DNA of 64,000 nt from an uncultured Lachnospiraceae bacterium (GCA_945833775.1 CAMAGI010000003.1:1334-65333); one strand, 5' to 3'; positions 46,529-56,655 are shown, counted from the stretch's first letter. The notes: generated from the letters alone by a model not told the origin. Numbers and translations are program-made.

Positions 46529-46645
46529 TCTCAGAAAAAACAATAACCAGTTGCCCATGATTGGGCGAATACACGCAAATGGATGGGCAACTGGGAGAAT
46601 CTCAGCTGCCCATCTGTCCTGATAAAGACAGAAAGGGAGTTAACT

Positions 46646-47769
46646 ATGCATTTTCATTCTTTGGCAGTTCTTCGGATTCCTCAGGTAGAGGAAGATCTGG
46701 AGGCAACAGCAAAAGTCGCAAGCAAACTGGCATCTCTGGAACGCATGGAGCAGATCGGCCCCGAAAATATCATGCGGCAGGTATTCATCCGAGAGCTGAA
46801 AGGGCAACTGAACAGTTTTTCTCGTGAGGTTTACCGCGGCATTGAAGATTTGATGCACCCCTACGGCAGCGAGAGCGAAGATTGTTATGAGTTTTGCGAT
46901 CAGAAAGGCGATGTCCAGTCCGGATACGAAAACCGTTCCTGCGACTGCGTACGTCTTCCTGATGGCAGAATCGTCAGCCTGTATGACCGCAGCGTTTACG
47001 GCAAATTCGTGATCCGAAATGGTCAGGTGTTCCAGAAAAAGGCTGGTCCATTACAGCATCCCATGCGCACGCATAAGGCGAAAAAGATGAAGGCATTGCC
47101 GGATTATCCATTCAAGAAGCTTTATAAGACCATGCACGAGTATGCCATCGATTACTGTGATTATATGAGTATGACGAGGCAACCAATGGCTACGGTTATT
47201 ACTGCAATCCCAACGCCATGTGGGATTGGTATCAGATTGGCGGCAGATGGCCGGTTACATTCCTGGTCAAGGATACCTGCACGGAATATTCCTTCGGTGA
47301 ACGCAGCTGGGGTAACGATGATGACGAATATCCTTGTCCTGATGGGTATATGTGGGTTTCCGCAGCGCGAAAGAAGGATATCGAATGGTCCAGGATGAAG
47401 GACTGGTACCTGCTGCAGGCCAAAGAACGCTTTCAGGATCTGGAAGGCACCTTTATAAGAGGTCTCAAGGAGCCTGGAAAGTATTTGAATGTCAAGGATG
47501 GGGCTGTATACAGCTTCGTTGATTTGGTCTACAAGATCGGCGAATCGGAAGAAGACTATCTATCCCGTATGCGGGTCACTGATGATCGGAAATACCCGGT
47601 ATCCTTCTGTGATCTGATCGATGAGAATGACTGGCTTGCCCAGGGACATGATTATCAGTCTCCTGAGAGAGGAGAACAGCAGGCTCTGACATGGGCTCAG
47701 ACCATTCAGGAGTTCATCGATGATCTGGATGACGAGGATGTCCTCGTCAGTATTGATTATCATATGTAA
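46646..47769 (+). pseudogene. Frameshifted hypothetical gene (NPNAxWDWYQIGGRW motif)
   Basis: Removing one AT from TATATG at about 47162-47167 joins both ORFs into ...DYCDYEYDEATNGYGYYCNPNAMWDWY... Confidence 0.65.
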
Positions 47770-47834
47770 ATACGCAGGAACAAACACAAAAGGGAGCACT
47801 TTGCTCCCTTTTACTTTTGATATTAGGTGGTAAT

Positions 47835-48284
47835 ATGGAAAATTTAGCAGGAATGACCTTTGGCAAATGGACAGTTCTGAATGATTTTATCCAGGGCAAA
47901 GACCGGCATGTTCTCTGGCTATGCGAATGTGAATGCGGTACCCGGCGATACGTTTCCTCTACAAAGCTACGTAACGGCGGATCCCTTTGTTGTGGCTGTG
48001 ATCGCAGTGAAAAGATCAGAGAAGCTGTTCATCGGAAGATGGATGCTACCCGCGAAGAGGACGAACGGAAGGTTGTAGAGGCTCTGGCCGGTACTGTGGT
48101 AGGAAAGCTGACGGTTATTGGCCCTATGGGAAGAGATCCCAGTAACCACAAAACCATCAAATGCCGGTGCAGCTGCGGCAAGGAATCCTATATTCGTCTG
48201 ACTAAGATCTTAAATAAAAAGGTCAAAAGCTGCGGCTGTACACGTGGCCCTGGACGCAGACGGATTTCTGACATTGCTTTGTAA
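47835..48284 (+). CDS. Protein with two Cys-rich modules of the kind preceding AP2/HNH domains
   Basis: GMTFGKWTVL...CECECG...CCGC and VGKLTVI...CRCSCG...SCGC. No nuclease domain visible. Confidence 0.7.
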   Translation: MENLAGMTFGKWTVLNDFIQGKDRHVLWLCECECGTRRYVSSTKLRNGGSLCCGCDRSEKIREAVHRKMDATREEDERKVVEALAGTVVGKLTVIGPMGRDPSNHKTIKCRCSCGKESYIRLTKILNKKVKSCGCTRGPGRRRISDIAL

Positions 48285-48317
48285 GTGATTTTGGACTTGC
48301 TGCGAGGAGGTAATGCT

Positions 48318-48608
48318 ATGGACGAATACTCACCAGAGGGTGTCATTCGTTATCGTAAGAAATGCGGCCTTTGCGGTCTGAAGATCCCATTTTCTGAGAG
48401 CTGTACTTATAGAAAGATCGAATGTAACGGAATCATACTGAAGCGGGTCCCGTTTGGAGACGAGGAATACAACTGGTCGGCAAGAAGATGCCAGGACTGC
48501 GGCGTTTACCGGGGCGGCTATCATCATGAAAACTGTGCCTGCGAAATATGTCCCATGTGTGGTGATCTTTTGACTCAATGCGATTGTGACGCTCAATTTG
48601 TTATTTGA
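48318..48608 (+). CDS. Small Cys/His-rich protein
   Basis: RBS GAGGAGG; RCQDCGV...YHHENCACEICPMCG...CDC. Confidence 0.7.
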   Translation: MDEYSPEGVIRYRKKCGLCGLKIPFSESCTYRKIECNGIILKRVPFGDEEYNWSARRCQDCGVYRGGYHHENCACEICPMCGDLLTQCDCDAQFVI

Positions 48609-48631
48609 TTCATTTTTTAGGAGGAAGTAGA

Positions 48632-48922
48632 ATGTTCAAGAAGAAGGAAACAGCCCTGTACATGCGTTTTGCAACTTCTCAGCAGGCAAGGCAGAAGACT
48701 GTCAAAAACAGACTGCGCGTCTTAGCAATGCTGAATGATCTGGAGTATGATGCAGAGATTCTGTACCAATGCAGGGATCAGATTGGGAGAGTAAAAACGC
48801 ACACCGTTTCTCTTATTGCAGCAGATACCAGGTCTGCCAAAAGCATGACTTTGGATGGGTTTAGCGCTCTGGCAGGTCTTCAGGATATCAAGATCATCTG
48901 CATGAAATTATCTGTAATCTAG
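48632..48922 (+). CDS. Hypothetical protein
   Basis: RBS AGGAGG; ORF of 96 aa. Confidence 0.55.
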   Translation: MFKKKETALYMRFATSQQARQKTVKNRLRVLAMLNDLEYDAEILYQCRDQIGRVKTHTVSLIAADTRSAKSMTLDGFSALAGLQDIKIICMKLSVI

Positions 48923-48990
48923 ACAGGAGATGGGAGCGCTGACCTTCAGTTGCTCTCAACGACGATAATTCTCCATTCAACCGATACAAT

Positions 48991-49019
48991 TTGACTATTG
49001 CAGGAAAATATGGTATAAT
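48991..49019 (+). promoter_or_regulatory. sigmaA promoter with extended -10
   Basis: TTGACT-N17-TATAAT with TGn. Confidence 0.85.
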
Positions 49020-49025
49020 GCAAAT

Positions 49026-49115
49026 GTAGTATCAGAGTTTCACCCAGAGTGAAATGTTTGTTTATCCGATTTTCTGAAGTGTCATTTGTCCGCTTGCGGC
49101 AAATGGCACTTTTTT
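49026..49115 (+). ncRNA. Candidate ~90-nt structured RNA or attenuator leader, copy 2
   Basis: Paralogue of 40811-40901; stem differences preserve base pairing. Confidence 0.65.
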
Positions 49116-49142
49116 GTTTCCTGCCATATTCATATTGGACAT

Positions 49143-49173
49143 AAAGCCAGCAGTCTTTGGATTGCTGGCTTTT
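49143..49173 (+). terminator. Second terminator-like hairpin in the leader
   Basis: AAAGCCAGCAGTC-TTTG-GATTGCTGGCTTTT. Confidence 0.65.
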
Positions 49174-49215
49174 GTTATATTCTCGGTTACCGAAAAAATG
49201 AAAGGAGAATTACTC

Positions 49216-50355
49216 ATGTTAACCTGCAAAGACAACTACACCACCACATTCTCATCCTTTGACGAAATGCTTCGCTATCACGAATGCCTGACAAAAGAAT
49301 CGGTCTGGCGCCGCTGTAAGGTAAAGGAACTTCACGTGGAGCCGCTGGACACAACATCTGTGCTTTTCGGCGACCCCACCGCATTCGTTTCCGGCACCAG
49401 TGAAGAGGCCATTGCTGATACTGCCGAAAATCTCGGTCTTGCGCTTCGGGTAGGGGGAGACCTTTTTCCTGTCCGGACCACAGCCTACAAAACGCTGCTG
49501 GATCGTGCCAAGATCAGCGGCACAGCCCTTCCGAAACTGAAACGGAAAGAACTCGCTGACGTTCTGAACGCCTGTCTGGCCGTTCATTCGTCGGATGCCT
49601 TACTTCTTGTCCGGGACGAAAAAGTGTCCGCCACCCATTCCGGTGACACGAAGGATTATTCTGTGCTTCCCATCGATGAGCTTCTTCACACTCTGGAGAA
49701 GAAGATGGATGCCAGGTTCCCTGGGTATCATTTTGAAAATGGATATTCAGATCACGCGTTCACCAGTGCCTGCTGGACATTTCCCGGTCAAAAGGAAGAT
49801 ATGCTGGGTACCTATGCCAAAACTTTGGCCGCAAAGGGAAAGAAAACAATGGCATCCAAACTGGTTCCCGGCATCCGCTTCCTGACATCCGATACCGGTG
49901 TCGCATCGGCAAAGGTATCTGCAATGCTGATGGGTACACAGTACCCGATCCATATCGGAAGCTGCATTTCGGTGGATCACCGGCTGCAGAAAAAGGTCTG
50001 TGATTTTGAGAAGGAACTGGACCAGCTGTTCGCACAGTTCTGTGACTCCGTTGCCAGACTTCAGACGCTTCTGGAGATTGAATTGCAGTATCCCGTCAAT
50101 GCGATGACCCGGATCTGCAAGAAATTCTCTTTACCCAAAAAGGAGGCTCTGGAAGCAATCGCAATGTTTGAAGTATCCTATGGCGGTGGAACAGCGACAG
50201 CACATGATGTTTTCATGGCTCTGCAGGAAATCCCCTGGCTGATGAAGTCCAATCACTACCCGGAAGCCAAGATGCTCGCTGTAGAAGAGAATATGGCTAG
50301 GGCACTCACGATCCGCTGGAGCGATTTCGATTTGGCAAAGGCGGTGAATTACTGA
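49216..50355 (+). CDS. Conserved MGE protein, possibly DUF932-like
   Basis: RBS AAAGGAG; coupled to YqaJ; GIRFLTSDTG motif. Family call is tentative. Confidence 0.55.
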   Translation: MLTCKDNYTTTFSSFDEMLRYHECLTKESVWRRCKVKELHVEPLDTTSVLFGDPTAFVSGTSEEAIADTAENLGLALRVGGDLFPVRTTAYKTLLDRAKISGTALPKLKRKELADVLNACLAVHSSDALLLVRDEKVSATHSGDTKDYSVLPIDELLHTLEKKMDARFPGYHFENGYSDHAFTSACWTFPGQKEDMLGTYAKTLAAKGKKTMASKLVPGIRFLTSDTGVASAKVSAMLMGTQYPIHIGSCISVDHRLQKKVCDFEKELDQLFAQFCDSVARLQTLLEIELQYPVNAMTRICKKFSLPKKEALEAIAMFEVSYGGGTATAHDVFMALQEIPWLMKSNHYPEAKMLAVEENMARALTIRWSDFDLAKAVNY

Positions 50356-51392
50356 TGGCTGCTCCCATTATGCTTTGTGATACTGCCGGCATGTCGAATG
50401 ATCGCTGGCTGGAATGCCGCATGCACGGTCCGAAAGGGGATATTCCGTATACGATTGGCGGCAGTGATGTGGCTGCGATCTTCGGCGTTTCACCCTGGAC
50501 GACACCGTTGGAACTTTGGATGATCAAAAAAGGGCGTATGAAGCCGCCGAAGAAAGCCAATGCCGATCAGCTGCAGATGGGGCACCTGTTGGAACCCATC
50601 GCTGCCTACTGGTATGCGCAGAAATCCGGAAATCACGTCTATGAGGACACAGGTCTTTATCAGCATGCGGATCATCCCTACGCTTTGGCCAATTTTGACC
50701 GGCGCTTCGAAAGAAAGTCCGACGGCGAAGGTGGCATCCTCGAATGCAAAAGCTGTACCTACCACAAAGCAGACAGCTGGGCAGATGATGCGGTGCCAAT
50801 TTATTACGAACTGCAGTTGAGATTCTACCTGTCCGTAGCAGATGTTCAGCATGGTGCCTTTTCCTGTATCTGGGGCAACAATCCCGAAATTGATCTGGCA
50901 ATGCCGGAGATTGAACGGGATATGGCTATGGAGGATATGATCTTCCAGCGTCTGGACGAATGGATCTGGAGCCTGGAGCACGATAAGCCGCCTACGATGA
51001 GTGGCGTGGAGTCTTCTCTCGCTATGGAATCTCTCGCCCGAATCTACGGAGCCAGTCAGCCAGACCTTCCTACCATTGAATTCCCCAAGAAATACGAACA
51101 TCCGCTTCGGCAGATTTCAATTCTTCAGGAGAAAATCAACGACTGCAACAAAGAAATCAAAACTTATGAAAGGGAAATTGAAAAACACTCCGTCCGAATT
51201 GCGGAGTTGATGAAAGAACACGAGCACGGAATTTTAACCACCACGTCCGATAAACTCCTCATCGATTTCGTCACCAAACGGTCCAAACGCCCTGACTCCA
51301 AAGCGCTGAAAAGCCGATATCCTGCTGTTTATGCGGATGTATTAAAGGAATCCCAGAGCCGTAAAGTCAAGGTTTCCGTACAACCGATTTAG
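50355..51392 (+). CDS. YqaJ-like viral recombinase (lambda exonuclease family)
   Basis: WLECR...IGGSDVAAIFG, GHLLEP, ANFDR, ILECKS, YELQLRFYL. Confidence 0.9.
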   Translation: MAAPIMLCDTAGMSNDRWLECRMHGPKGDIPYTIGGSDVAAIFGVSPWTTPLELWMIKKGRMKPPKKANADQLQMGHLLEPIAAYWYAQKSGNHVYEDTGLYQHADHPYALANFDRRFERKSDGEGGILECKSCTYHKADSWADDAVPIYYELQLRFYLSVADVQHGAFSCIWGNNPEIDLAMPEIERDMAMEDMIFQRLDEWIWSLEHDKPPTMSGVESSLAMESLARIYGASQPDLPTIEFPKKYEHPLRQISILQEKINDCNKEIKTYEREIEKHSVRIAELMKEHEHGILTTTSDKLLIDFVTKRSKRPDSKALKSRYPAVYADVLKESQSRKVKVSVQPI

Positions 51393-51406
51393 GAGGGGCG
51401 TCTATC

Positions 51407-52066
51407 ATGAAACGATTTTTTGTTCCGGTAGATCTTCGATCCCGTAAGCAAATGACAGACTATCTCCAAACCCATTTTCGATATGACACAATGAACTCCT
51501 GGAACTGGGCAACTTCGTATGCCTGCAATCTCAAGATCCATAAACTCGGTTTGAGTTATGACATTGAGAGCAAGCTGTACGATCTAATGCAATGCCAGGA
51601 GTTTTTCGATGCCCAGCGTGAGCTGATGGATGCTTTTAATGAGGCGCATCAGTTCCGCTGGCAGGTTGGTATGAACGGCCGCAGCGGTGGGTATCTCGTC
51701 CTCTATGAGGGCGGGATTAAGCCCACCGGGCACCGTTCCTACTGCCGAAGCTGCTATCAAAGAAACTTCAAAAGTGTCATGGAAAGCGGAAACATTTGTG
51801 GTCGATGCGGTAAACCGGATCTCGTGGATTATATCCAGCCTCCCATGCAGACCTTTACCTATCCCGGTAAAGGCATTGACATGGACGAAGATTATGAAGA
51901 ATGGTCCATGGCCGAGCTGCGGGACCGGGTAAGACTGGTGCAGGAACTGGACGCTCTTGCTGACCAAATGGTCGCCCACGGCATTCAGATGGCCAAAGAC
52001 TATTCTGTCATGGAGGTGGAGATCCGTGTTCCCCAGACCCAAAAAGTTCTGGTAGCAAATACTTGA
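51407..52066 (+). CDS. Hypothetical protein with zinc ribbon
   Basis: HFRYDTMNSWN, NGRSGGYLVLY, CRSC...CGRC. Confidence 0.75.
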   Translation: MKRFFVPVDLRSRKQMTDYLQTHFRYDTMNSWNWATSYACNLKIHKLGLSYDIESKLYDLMQCQEFFDAQRELMDAFNEAHQFRWQVGMNGRSGGYLVLYEGGIKPTGHRSYCRSCYQRNFKSVMESGNICGRCGKPDLVDYIQPPMQTFTYPGKGIDMDEDYEEWSMAELRDRVRLVQELDALADQMVAHGIQMAKDYSVMEVEIRVPQTQKVLVANT

Positions 52067-52096
52067 CGAACAAGTAAATCAGAAGGGAGCATTTAA

Positions 52097-54265
52097 ATGC
52101 TTTGTCAATTCGAAAAAGTAATATTTCCCAAAGATGCCTCTGCAAATACCTCCGGCTTTATGATCGCTATTTATAAACCCTGCGGCACCCTTCGGGATGC
52201 CGCGGGTCATGTTTTGGACCGATTCAAGGCCGTTGGCTACTGCCTGCCCACATCTGATAAGGTCAAATATCGGATGGAGGGGCGTTGGAGTAAAAGCCAG
52301 AAGCACGGTATCCAGTTTGAAGTGGAACGGTATGAAGAGGTGATTGCACCCACAAAGGAGGGCATCATCGCATACCTTGCTTCCGGACAGATCAAAGGCA
52401 TCGGGAAGAAGACCGCAGAGCGGATTTACGAAACCTTTGGACAGGAAACCCTGCAGGTTCTGGATCAGGATCCCCGAAAGCTGCTCACGGTGAAAGGTAT
52501 CAGCGAAAAGAAGCTTCGTAAGATCATCGACTCTTACCTGGCCAACCGCGTTGCCCGTGATGTAATTGCTTTGCTGGCGTCTCATGGTATTTCTCCCAAC
52601 CGTGCAGTAAAGCTGTACCGGGAATATGGAGAAGAGACTATGGATATCGTCCGGAATCATCCATACAGGCTTTGTGAGCTTGCCGGCATTGCCTTTAAGA
52701 CCGCTGACAAGCTGGCCATGAGTATGGGAATCGATCCGCTTTCTCCGGAACGGGTGGATCAGGCGCTTCTGTACACTCTGACCGATGCGGAAACGAAAGG
52801 ACACCTGTGTCTGGAAAAGCATGATTTTCTGAAGGAATGTCTCAAACTGCTGGATACAAATGGCATGACTCAGGATATGGCCGCCGCAAGAGCCGTCAAA
52901 CTCATTCAGGAAGATAAGCTGATAACTTATGATAACAGCGTATTCAAATCCAGAACCGCCAGGGTGGAGGAGAGCTTGGCTTATGAGATCGTCAGGAAAG
53001 TCCACGGCTCAGTTCCCGATTATCCGGATCTGGATGAAGCAATTTCGGAAGAAGAGCGCGCGTTAAGATTCCGCCTGGCACCTGAACAGAGGGAAGCTAT
53101 CAAAATGGGTCTGACAAGCAGGCTCTGCGTGATCACCGGCGGTCCCGGTACCGGCAAAACTTCTGTGCAGCGTGCCTTATTGGATCTGTACAAGAAGAAA
53201 TATCCGGCAGCAAAAATCGCCTGCTGTGCGCCCACCGGAAAGGCTGCCCGTCGCATGGAGCAGTCCACGGGTGTGCCGTCTACCACGGTTCACAGGGCTT
53301 TAGGCTTAATCGCAAACGAGGACGGTCAATACGGAGAGCCGGAAACAATGGACGCAGATCTGGTGCTGGTAGATGAAGTTTCCATGCTGGATGTTTACCT
53401 GGCAGAGAAGCTTTTCCGATCTGTACCTGCCACCGCCAGACTCATTCTGGTCGGTGACAGTGACCAGCTTCCTTCGGTAGGCCCTGGCGCCGTCCTGAAA
53501 GAAATCATCGTCAGCGATATGGTCCCCGTAATTCGGCTTGATCAGGTCTTCCGCCAGAAAAACGGCAGCCGAATCGCAGCCAATGCCAAACTGATCCGCC
53601 ACGGGAATCTGAGTCTGGAATACGGTCCTGATTTTGAATTCTATGACTCAACGGATTTATCTGTCTCCGCTGAGATCATCGAATCCCTGTATCTGCAGGA
53701 AACCGCCAAATACGGAATCGATAATGTGGTGCTTCTGTCGCCGTACCGGCAAAAGACGGAAACCGGTGCAAACGCATTGAATCAGCGGCTCCAGGGGAAG
53801 ATCAATCCGCCAGGTGTTGGCAAATACGACTCCGTACACGGCCAGAGACGCTTCAGGACCGGCGATAAGGTGATGCAGATCAAGAACTGCGACGAGATCA
53901 ATAACGGCGATGTGGGCTATATAACCAGCATCACAGGTACACAGTCTGATTCCGTTGTCCGGATCGATTTTGGTGACGGACGCGTTGTTGAATATGAAAA
54001 CAGTGATCTTGATATGCTGGATCTTGGTTATGCCTGTACCGTCCATAAGTCCCAGGGATCTGAGTATAAAAGCGTAATCATCAACCTGCAATGTGCCCAT
54101 TCTGTTATGCTGGTTCGGCCTCTGATCTATACGGCCATAACCCGCGCCAAAGAACGCGTTTTGATTGTTGGCGAAAGAAGAGCACTTTGTACCGCCATCC
54201 GGCGTACGGATACAGAACAGCGAGGCACCAAGTTAGCAAAAAGAATCCAGGATTTTTCGAAATAA
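52097..54265 (+). CDS. recD2: RecD2-like SF1B helicase
   Basis: HhH motifs IKGIGKKTA and VKGISEKK; GGPGTGKT; APTGKAA; VDEVSM; GDSDQLPSV; YACTVHKSQGSEY; YTAITRAK. Confidence 0.92.
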   Translation: MLCQFEKVIFPKDASANTSGFMIAIYKPCGTLRDAAGHVLDRFKAVGYCLPTSDKVKYRMEGRWSKSQKHGIQFEVERYEEVIAPTKEGIIAYLASGQIKGIGKKTAERIYETFGQETLQVLDQDPRKLLTVKGISEKKLRKIIDSYLANRVARDVIALLASHGISPNRAVKLYREYGEETMDIVRNHPYRLCELAGIAFKTADKLAMSMGIDPLSPERVDQALLYTLTDAETKGHLCLEKHDFLKECLKLLDTNGMTQDMAAARAVKLIQEDKLITYDNSVFKSRTARVEESLAYEIVRKVHGSVPDYPDLDEAISEEERALRFRLAPEQREAIKMGLTSRLCVITGGPGTGKTSVQRALLDLYKKKYPAAKIACCAPTGKAARRMEQSTGVPSTTVHRALGLIANEDGQYGEPETMDADLVLVDEVSMLDVYLAEKLFRSVPATARLILVGDSDQLPSVGPGAVLKEIIVSDMVPVIRLDQVFRQKNGSRIAANAKLIRHGNLSLEYGPDFEFYDSTDLSVSAEIIESLYLQETAKYGIDNVVLLSPYRQKTETGANALNQRLQGKINPPGVGKYDSVHGQRRFRTGDKVMQIKNCDEINNGDVGYITSITGTQSDSVVRIDFGDGRVVEYENSDLDMLDLGYACTVHKSQGSEYKSVIINLQCAHSVMLVRPLIYTAITRAKERVLIVGERRALCTAIRRTDTEQRGTKLAKRIQDFSK

Positions 54266-54283
54266 AGAAAGGGAGTTATTTTT

Positions 54284-54727
54284 ATGGCAACCGTTTTGGA
54301 GCAGTATATTGACCTTAAGGGCCGCATCGGCGCAAAGATTACGGCAGGCAATTTCCCACCGGAGCAGATGCTGCAGTATCAGGAGATGCTGTACCGCATC
54401 GATGTTCTGGAGACCTGTATGGCATTCGGAAAGACCGCACCTGTCACCATGGATCAACGGGTCCTGAGTTACCACTACCAGATGTTGGACGCATTCATTA
54501 TGTGTCTGCTTCAGGAGCGTCGTTTAGGGCTTCCGGGGGATGAAAAGGTCAAGAATCAGCGTGAATGTGCTTATAACAATCTGAATACTGTGATTGCAAC
54601 ATTCCGAAAGCAGTTTTCCAGCTTTAAGCCCACTGCTGCTGATACATACCGCAGTACCATTCATAACATGATCAATACGATCCTGCCGGCATGGATGTCC
54701 TATCGAAATACATATGTGGCACTTTAA
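54284..54727 (+). CDS. Hypothetical protein
   Basis: RBS AAGGGAG; helical ORF of 147 aa. Confidence 0.7.
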   Translation: MATVLEQYIDLKGRIGAKITAGNFPPEQMLQYQEMLYRIDVLETCMAFGKTAPVTMDQRVLSYHYQMLDAFIMCLLQERRLGLPGDEKVKNQRECAYNNLNTVIATFRKQFSSFKPTAADTYRSTIHNMINTILPAWMSYRNTYVAL

Positions 54728-54741
54728 TTGGAGGAAGCAAC

Positions 54742-55482
54742 ATGAATAATCCCAACAACACTACGGCTCAGAGCACGATTCTCAATAACATTCATAAGGT
54801 TGAGGGCTTTGACCCTACCGTCTATGCGATCGACTATACTGACCTCAGCACCGGAGAGACGAGAAAACGACTGCCGGTGATGGCGCAGCTTGCCTGGTTC
54901 CGTTTGGTATATCCGGAAGGAAAAATTGCTATCACCGTTGCGCCCGGCCACGATTGTTTCGTTGCAACGGCCCGTGTCTACCCCAGCTACAAAGACCCTA
55001 TCGACTGTTATCTGGCTGAAGCGACCGCTTCCCGTGGATATGATCCCATGAAGCCTTCTGTATCTCCTCGTGAGTGGGCGCAGACCGCTGCAGTGGGTAT
55101 TGCACTTCGAAATGCCGGCTTCGGCCTGCAGTTCGGTGCTGCCGGTGATGAGTATTCTCCGAATGCACCCAACGAACTGAATGTCGTGATTGATCCTGTT
55201 CCGGTTCCCGAAGGCCAGTCTATGGGAATGGCCGGCGAGCAGTCTATGCCTGTACCGATTCCTCCCGAACCGCCAAAGGAACCGACGCCGGAAGAACGAT
55301 ACCAAATGGCTGCCAATATGCAGTGGCCCACGAAAAAACACGCTGGGCGCACCCTTGGGGAAGTCCTGCAAATGAATCCAACTGCGATTACCTGGCTCGC
55401 CAATAAGTACTCCGGAAGCCCCGAGGTTTCTGCGGCTGCCAAGTTCATGTGCGAGTACGCAATGAACCATGCGGGTACTTAA
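54742..55482 (+). CDS. Putative single-strand annealing protein (Rad52/Erf-like, tentative)
   Basis: LAWFRLVYPEGKI...FVATARV...EWAQTAAVGIALRNAGFG; Pro-rich linker; operon context with YqaJ. Confidence 0.5.
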   Translation: MNNPNNTTAQSTILNNIHKVEGFDPTVYAIDYTDLSTGETRKRLPVMAQLAWFRLVYPEGKIAITVAPGHDCFVATARVYPSYKDPIDCYLAEATASRGYDPMKPSVSPREWAQTAAVGIALRNAGFGLQFGAAGDEYSPNAPNELNVVIDPVPVPEGQSMGMAGEQSMPVPIPPEPPKEPTPEERYQMAANMQWPTKKHAGRTLGEVLQMNPTAITWLANKYSGSPEVSAAAKFMCEYAMNHAGT

Positions 55483-55536
55483 GGGAATCTATCTCAGATG
55501 GGGGATGTCTCATGCATCCCCCAGAAAGGAGGATAA

Positions 55537-56604
55537 ATGGAACGGATACGCATGACTGACATCATTCCGTTGATTGGCATTCCGGAACCCAAATACGGCC
55601 GCGTGAGCTATAATGTCCCATGCCCCTGCTGCGATGACAATCCACACAAAAAGCATTTGAATATCCATTTGGAGAAGGATGTCTTTCGGTGTCCCAGATG
55701 CGGCTTTTCCGGCGGTGTTTTCGATCTTTACGCGTATTATGCCGGGATCAACCGAAAGAATGCCAGAGAGATTCTCTATGCCAGACTCAATTTGGATTCG
55801 GACGCTCCGGTCCGGAAGCCAAAAAGCTATGCGCCAATTGATGTGGTACCGGAATGTCCGATCACAGATGTGGATACCCGCCACGATACGTACAGTGCGC
55901 TTTTGAGTAAGCTGTCCCTCGCGTCTGATCATCGCGACAATCTGCTGAGCCGTGGATTAACGGAAGAAGCGATTGCCCGGCTGGAATACAGAACGACTCC
56001 GGTGATTGGAAATTCTGCTCTGGCCAAGCAATTACTTGGCGAAGGAAAGTATCTGCCGGGAGTGCCTGGATTTTATCATACTGCAACGGGAGAATGGAGC
56101 TTCATCCGGGAAGACCGGGGGATTCTGATTCCCGTCAGAAATCCGGAAGGGAAAATACAGGGCCTGCAGATTCGCAGGGACAATGTAAGCAAGCGGAAAT
56201 TTCGATGGGTATCCAGTGTTGGAAAAAAAGACGGTACCAGAGCTGAGGGTTGGACGCACATGGCAGGACCTCCACAGGAAACGATCCTCTTGACAGAAGG
56301 CCCGATGAAAGCCGATGTGATCCACTTTCTTACAGGCCAGACGGTACTGGCTGTTCCTGGTGTGAATTCTCTGACACAGCTAAAGCCGGTGCTAAGTTAC
56401 CTGAGAGAACAGGGGACACAACAGGTCATGACCGCTTTTGATATGGATTACATGACCAATCCCCATGTTCAGAACGGCTATTATAGCCTTGCAGCGCTCT
56501 TATCTGAGATGGGATTCCAATACGGTACGTATCTGTGGAATCCAGCTTATAAGGGACTGGACGACTATGTGTGGCAATGCTGCTACCGACAAAAAAACAG
56601 ATAG
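55537..56604 (+). CDS. Zn-finger plus Toprim (DUF3854-like) primase-related protein
   Basis: CPCC...HLNI...FRCPRC; LLSRGL; QIRRD; LTEGPMKAD; AFDMD; KGLDD. Confidence 0.8.
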   Translation: MERIRMTDIIPLIGIPEPKYGRVSYNVPCPCCDDNPHKKHLNIHLEKDVFRCPRCGFSGGVFDLYAYYAGINRKNAREILYARLNLDSDAPVRKPKSYAPIDVVPECPITDVDTRHDTYSALLSKLSLASDHRDNLLSRGLTEEAIARLEYRTTPVIGNSALAKQLLGEGKYLPGVPGFYHTATGEWSFIREDRGILIPVRNPEGKIQGLQIRRDNVSKRKFRWVSSVGKKDGTRAEGWTHMAGPPQETILLTEGPMKADVIHFLTGQTVLAVPGVNSLTQLKPVLSYLREQGTQQVMTAFDMDYMTNPHVQNGYYSLAALLSEMGFQYGTYLWNPAYKGLDDYVWQCCYRQKNR

Positions 56605-56606
56605 GG

Positions 56607-56638
56607 AAGAGGCGGACAGAATTGTTCGCCTCTTTTTT
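56607..56638 (+). terminator. Intrinsic terminator
   Basis: AAGAGGCGGACA-GAAT-TGTTCGCCTCTTTTTT. Confidence 0.75.
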
Positions 56639-56655
56639 ATGTGTATTCGGCAAAT

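Noticed and set aside
40811-49115. Duplicated unit as a CRISPR array or tRNA
   Set aside because: Only two copies 8 kb apart, no spacers, no cas genes and no cloverleaf or T-loop.
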